A stretch of 63,994 nucleotides of DNA, filler included, from Rhizaria sp. SCN 62-66 (Eukaryota), in assembly GCA_001724265.1 (NCBI GenBank). It is 3 parts of 3 records of this genome, joined end to end, with 100 filler letters (N's around TTAATTAATTAA, not from the genome) between each part and the next. Parts side by side here need not be neighbours in the genome. Positions count along the whole stretch, not along the records: positions 49,124 to 63,994 come from MEDY01000501.1; 2 more parts are not named here. One strand, written 5' to 3'. Position numbers and translations under genes: made by a program. The notes beneath the pieces were generated by a model that made no database searches, was not told the origin of the DNA, and worked only from the letters and a program-made list of their open reading frames with translations. The first letter of the stretch is position 1. The number at the start of each line of letters is the position of its first letter. Shown here piece by piece: positions 60,701 through 63,994 of the stretch.

Positions 60701-61646
60701 GCGCGCGGGGCACCGGCAGCCCCGCCGGCGCCGGCGTCAGCGCCGCTGAGAGGCTTTGCGACGCCCCTGCCGTCGCCGGTTGTGACGCCGTCGGACCAAG
60801 TGACTGCGCCGGGGACGCGGCGGCCGGCGGCACTGTTGCTGTTGGCTGCAGCGTTGGCCTTGACCAGCGCAGTAGGCGGCCGTGACCGCAGCAGTGACGC
60901 GCTCTCGTTAATGCCACCCATCTCGGCGTCGAGATCGGCATCAGCGTCAGCGTTGGCGTCGGCGTCACCGTCGGCGGCCGTTGTTAGAGAGGCCTCGGTG
61001 CCATAGCCATCAGTCTTGTGCACGCGCGAAAGCAAGCGCGCCCACGCGCGCGCGCGCAGCTCCGCCGCGTCAGGCCGCTCGCCGCGCCCCGCCGCTGCCT
61101 CCGCCTCGGCCTCCGCCTCTGCTTCAGCCTCAGCCTCTGCCAGCGCAGCCGCCTCAGCCTCGGCTTCGGCTTCGGCCGCCGCGAGCGCAGCCGCAGCGCT
61201 TTGCCCCTGCCCGCCTGAGACCGCGGACGAGATGGCGTTGGCCGTCTTGCGCCACAGGCCGGCGATCGCGTCGACCGCAGTGCCAAGAACCGACGACGGC
61301 GGCAAGAGGCGGCGGATCGACCGCGACATCCTCAAGTTAGGCCGGGTCAGCGGCGCGCCGGTGGCGGTGCTGTTGTCGGTCGCGATGGCGCTGGGGCTGG
61401 GGCCGTGGCGGCGGTCGCGGTGGCCGCGGCGCGAGTGACCGTGGGCACCGTGGGTTCCGTGGTTGTGGCTGCGTGAGTGAAGATGCGGGAGAGCGCTGCT
61501 GGTGACGCCGCCCTCGCTGACCGTGCCCACGGCGGCGATGGTAGCGACTGCGGCGGCGGCGGCGGCAGCAGCAGCGGCCTCTTTGCTGGGAGCATCGCGA
61601 CCTGTGCGCCCGTGGCTGTGGCCGTGGCCGTGGCCGTGCGGGCCGG

Positions 61647-61691
<45 letters not shown>

Positions 61692-62907
61692 GGCGACGAC
61701 TGGCCAAGTTCTCAAGCGCCGCGAGCGGGCCAACGGCAGGCGACGCGCGACGGCTGCGGCTCTGTGTCTGACCGTGAACGTGACCGTAGCCGTGACCGCT
61801 GAGCGCGGGGGAGGCGTTCTGGCTCAGCGCCGGGGATGAGCTCGCCGCAGAGTGGCGGCTGTGGCTGCGCGGCCGGTGTCCGTGGTCGTCATGACTGTGG
61901 GGACCGCTGCCAGAGCGACCGTGGGCTGGCGAGCGACCGTGGGCGGGCGAAGGCGCGGGCGGCACGGCGGCGGCACCGAGACGGAAGCTGGGGCTCGGAC
62001 TGGCGCGGTTGCGACTCCCGCTGTGTGCGTGCTCGCGAGCGTGCATGTGGCTGCGACTGTGGCTATGAGCACTAAGACCGCCGTGCGCAGTGGGGGTCTG
62101 GACGGAAGCGCCATGAACGTGGGCGTGTGCGTTGACGCTGCTGCCGACAATTCCGGTGTCGCGGCCGCCGCTGGTGACGCTGCTGTCGCGCCTGCGCTCG
62201 CGCCCGCGGTGCCCCGCGGCCCCTGCGTCCGCATACGCGCCGAGCCCCGCGGGTCCGAGGCCGTCGTGGTGCCTGCTCTTGCCCCTGCCCTTGGCCCTGC
62301 TGTTAGCGTTAGTGTCGCTGCCCGAGTCCGGCTCCGCCACGCGCAGTGTGTGTGCGAGTGCGGACATATACGAGGCCTCGATCGGGGTCGGCGTCCGCGG
62401 CGGCGCGCCACGCAGGGCCAGCGGCAGCGCGGCGGCGCCGGCCGTGGGCGTCAGTGCGGCCGCTGAGGGCGAGGCGAGCGCGTTGTGGCTCTTGCTGTGG
62501 TGGGGTGACGATGACGTCGACACCGACGGTGAAAAGGACGATGTCGCGGGCAGAGCTGACCCGGGAGTCGGGGCGGGTGCGGCAAGCGACAGAGCGAGGC
62601 CCGGGAGCGCGGTGGATGAGCGCGTACGGCGGGGCGGGAGTCCCGAGGCGGCCACTGGCGACGCGAAGGCCTGGGTGGCCGCCAGAGCAGCAGAAGAGAG
62701 TGAGGACGAAGAGGAGGAGGGGTGTGGGGGGGCGGGGACGCCAACCGGGGGCGTGGGGGGCCCAAACGTTCCCGATGCATGACCAACGCGCGGGGACGGC
62801 GTGCGCACGCTCAGCGGCGGCCGTGCAGCCGGTGGGATATTGCCAGAAGCAGGGTTCGACCCCGGGCGGCGGTCCCGCTCAGAGGATCCTGAGTGAGGGG
62901 TCGACAT
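49306..62907 (-). CDS. Giant mucolipin (TRPML)/polycystin-family cation channel, 4533 aa, single open frame
   Basis: S1-like LLVQLLFIVVTALL (~60600-60660), S2 (~55640-55705), and an S3-S6 block (~52980-53520) with RFQSLGMTMTSLFAIMSGDNILETF (pore helix/filter, compare TRPML NGDD) and SRVFLYIYVFLF. Ends in TAA. Confidence 0.8.
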
Positions 62908-63529
62908 GAGGCACCGGAGCGGAATCGCCCGCAGAAGGGCTTCGTAAAGGGCTTAAACAACAAAAAGTGTTCCGCGTCAAAGGCACGCTCTTGCTAAAGT
63001 AAGAATGTTCGTTAACTATTTTGCTTGCAGTTGATAAGTGGAAGAGAATCGAGTGTAAAAACAAAATGTGGTTGTGAGAATCAAGCATGACTTGTCTACA
63101 AAAGTAGCATGATCTAATGAGATATAACCGTCAAATGGGAATTCAACTCAAAGGCAAAAAGGATAACTGTGCGCAAATCATGGACTGAAATAAAATTACG
63201 ATTACAATTCACGTGCAGCGTCAAACACGTCATGGTCTATCAAATTCTCGGTCTCTCGTGTCTGTTGTTGGTCGCTCAATTGGGTTCTCAAAAATCTGGG
63301 AGTGACTGTGAGCAAACTGCGGCTAAGTAAGCCGCAGCCGAGCGACCGCTTGGGCGCCGACGAAAATGGGCTCGCGACGTCAGCACATCTGTACTTTAAG
63401 ATAGTTTAATTTCATGGCATGGTTATATGGTGTGTTTTCTGCACATTATTTGTATTGCGACGCCTATCACCCCCCTGCGGCACTTCTCCCAGGCCCTCGG
63501 CCGCCGCCGCTTCCCACAAGCTCGACCGA

Positions 63530-63630
63530 GTCTCGGTGTGATGATGCTTTCGTTGTATCCGCGCAGACTGGCCACGCGCGAGCGACGATCTCTGTGTATT
63601 TGCGTAGTACTGCCTGTGTGCTGAGGATTA
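63530..63630 (+). ncRNA. Candidate box C/D snoRNA upstream of the RPL6 CDS, probably intronic
   Basis: Perfect box C GTGATGA at 63538-63544 and box D CTGA at 63621-63624, with a weak terminal stem AGTCT/GGATT. No target identified. Confidence 0.35.
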
Positions 63631-63817
63631 TCGTGCATCTAATGCTGCCCTTCCTTACGCTCACCAACCCCTCTTTCTGTGTGCCTTTTTGCTCCCTTCA
63701 TTGAACCTTCTCTTTCGCGACTACTTGCTCTCGCGCTTCCGCTCTCTGCGCAACCTTTCTCTTCCGACGCACGGACACAACTCCGCGCATTAACTACGCT
63801 TTTATAGTGGTGTAAGT

Positions 63818-63994
63818 ATGGCCAAGAAGATCACTGCCGCCCGCAAGGCTGTCATTGCCAAGCGCAAGGGTTCCCTCGCTAAGCTCTCCAAGTCCCTCGC
63901 CCCCAAGGTCGTGAACAAGAGCGCCCTCCCCGCCAACATCACCCCCGGCACCGTCCTCATCCTCGTTGCCGGCCTCCACAAGGGCAAGCGCGTT
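63818..63994 (+). CDS. RPL6: 60S ribosomal protein L6 (eL6), N-terminal part
   Basis: MAKKITAARK...NITPGTVLILVAGLHKGKRV (eL6 KOW motif). Runs off the window. Confidence 0.9.
   Translation, partial: MAKKITAARKAVIAKRKGSLAKLSKSLAPKVVNKSALPANITPGTVLILVAGLHKGKRV

Noticed and set aside
1-63994. CRISPR arrays, tRNA/rRNA genes, transposase or reverse transcriptase genes
   Set aside because: None recognisable by eye. In particular, no tRNA(CUA) was spotted in this window.

Overview
Eukaryotic (protist-like) nuclear DNA with GC-rich exons, AT-rich introns and spacers, and GT-AG introns. It is three contigs joined by two artificial N/TTAATTAATTAA linkers (24454-24553, 49024-49123). About 15 genes can be reconstructed: HYLS1-like, a small membrane protein, 6-phosphogluconate dehydrogenase, a giant His-rich tetraspan protein, NFS1, COG7-like, a CCCH-DEAH-RBR protein, p23, eIF6, an AZUL-HECT ligase, RPS10, a 4533-aa mucolipin-like channel, RPL6 and two unknowns. 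Main finding: five in-frame TAG codons interrupt four otherwise intact genes (1629, 5397, 6989, 25304, 29969), one of them inside a CAG/CAA poly-Gln tract, while all 12 complete gene models end in TAA or TGA. This points to a non-standard nuclear code with UAG=Gln and UAA/UGA as stops. Other signals are a near-invariant GTACG/GTNCG donor, extreme low-complexity inflation of conserved proteins, and candidate structured RNAs in first introns. All family calls come from motif recognition by eye; no searches were run.
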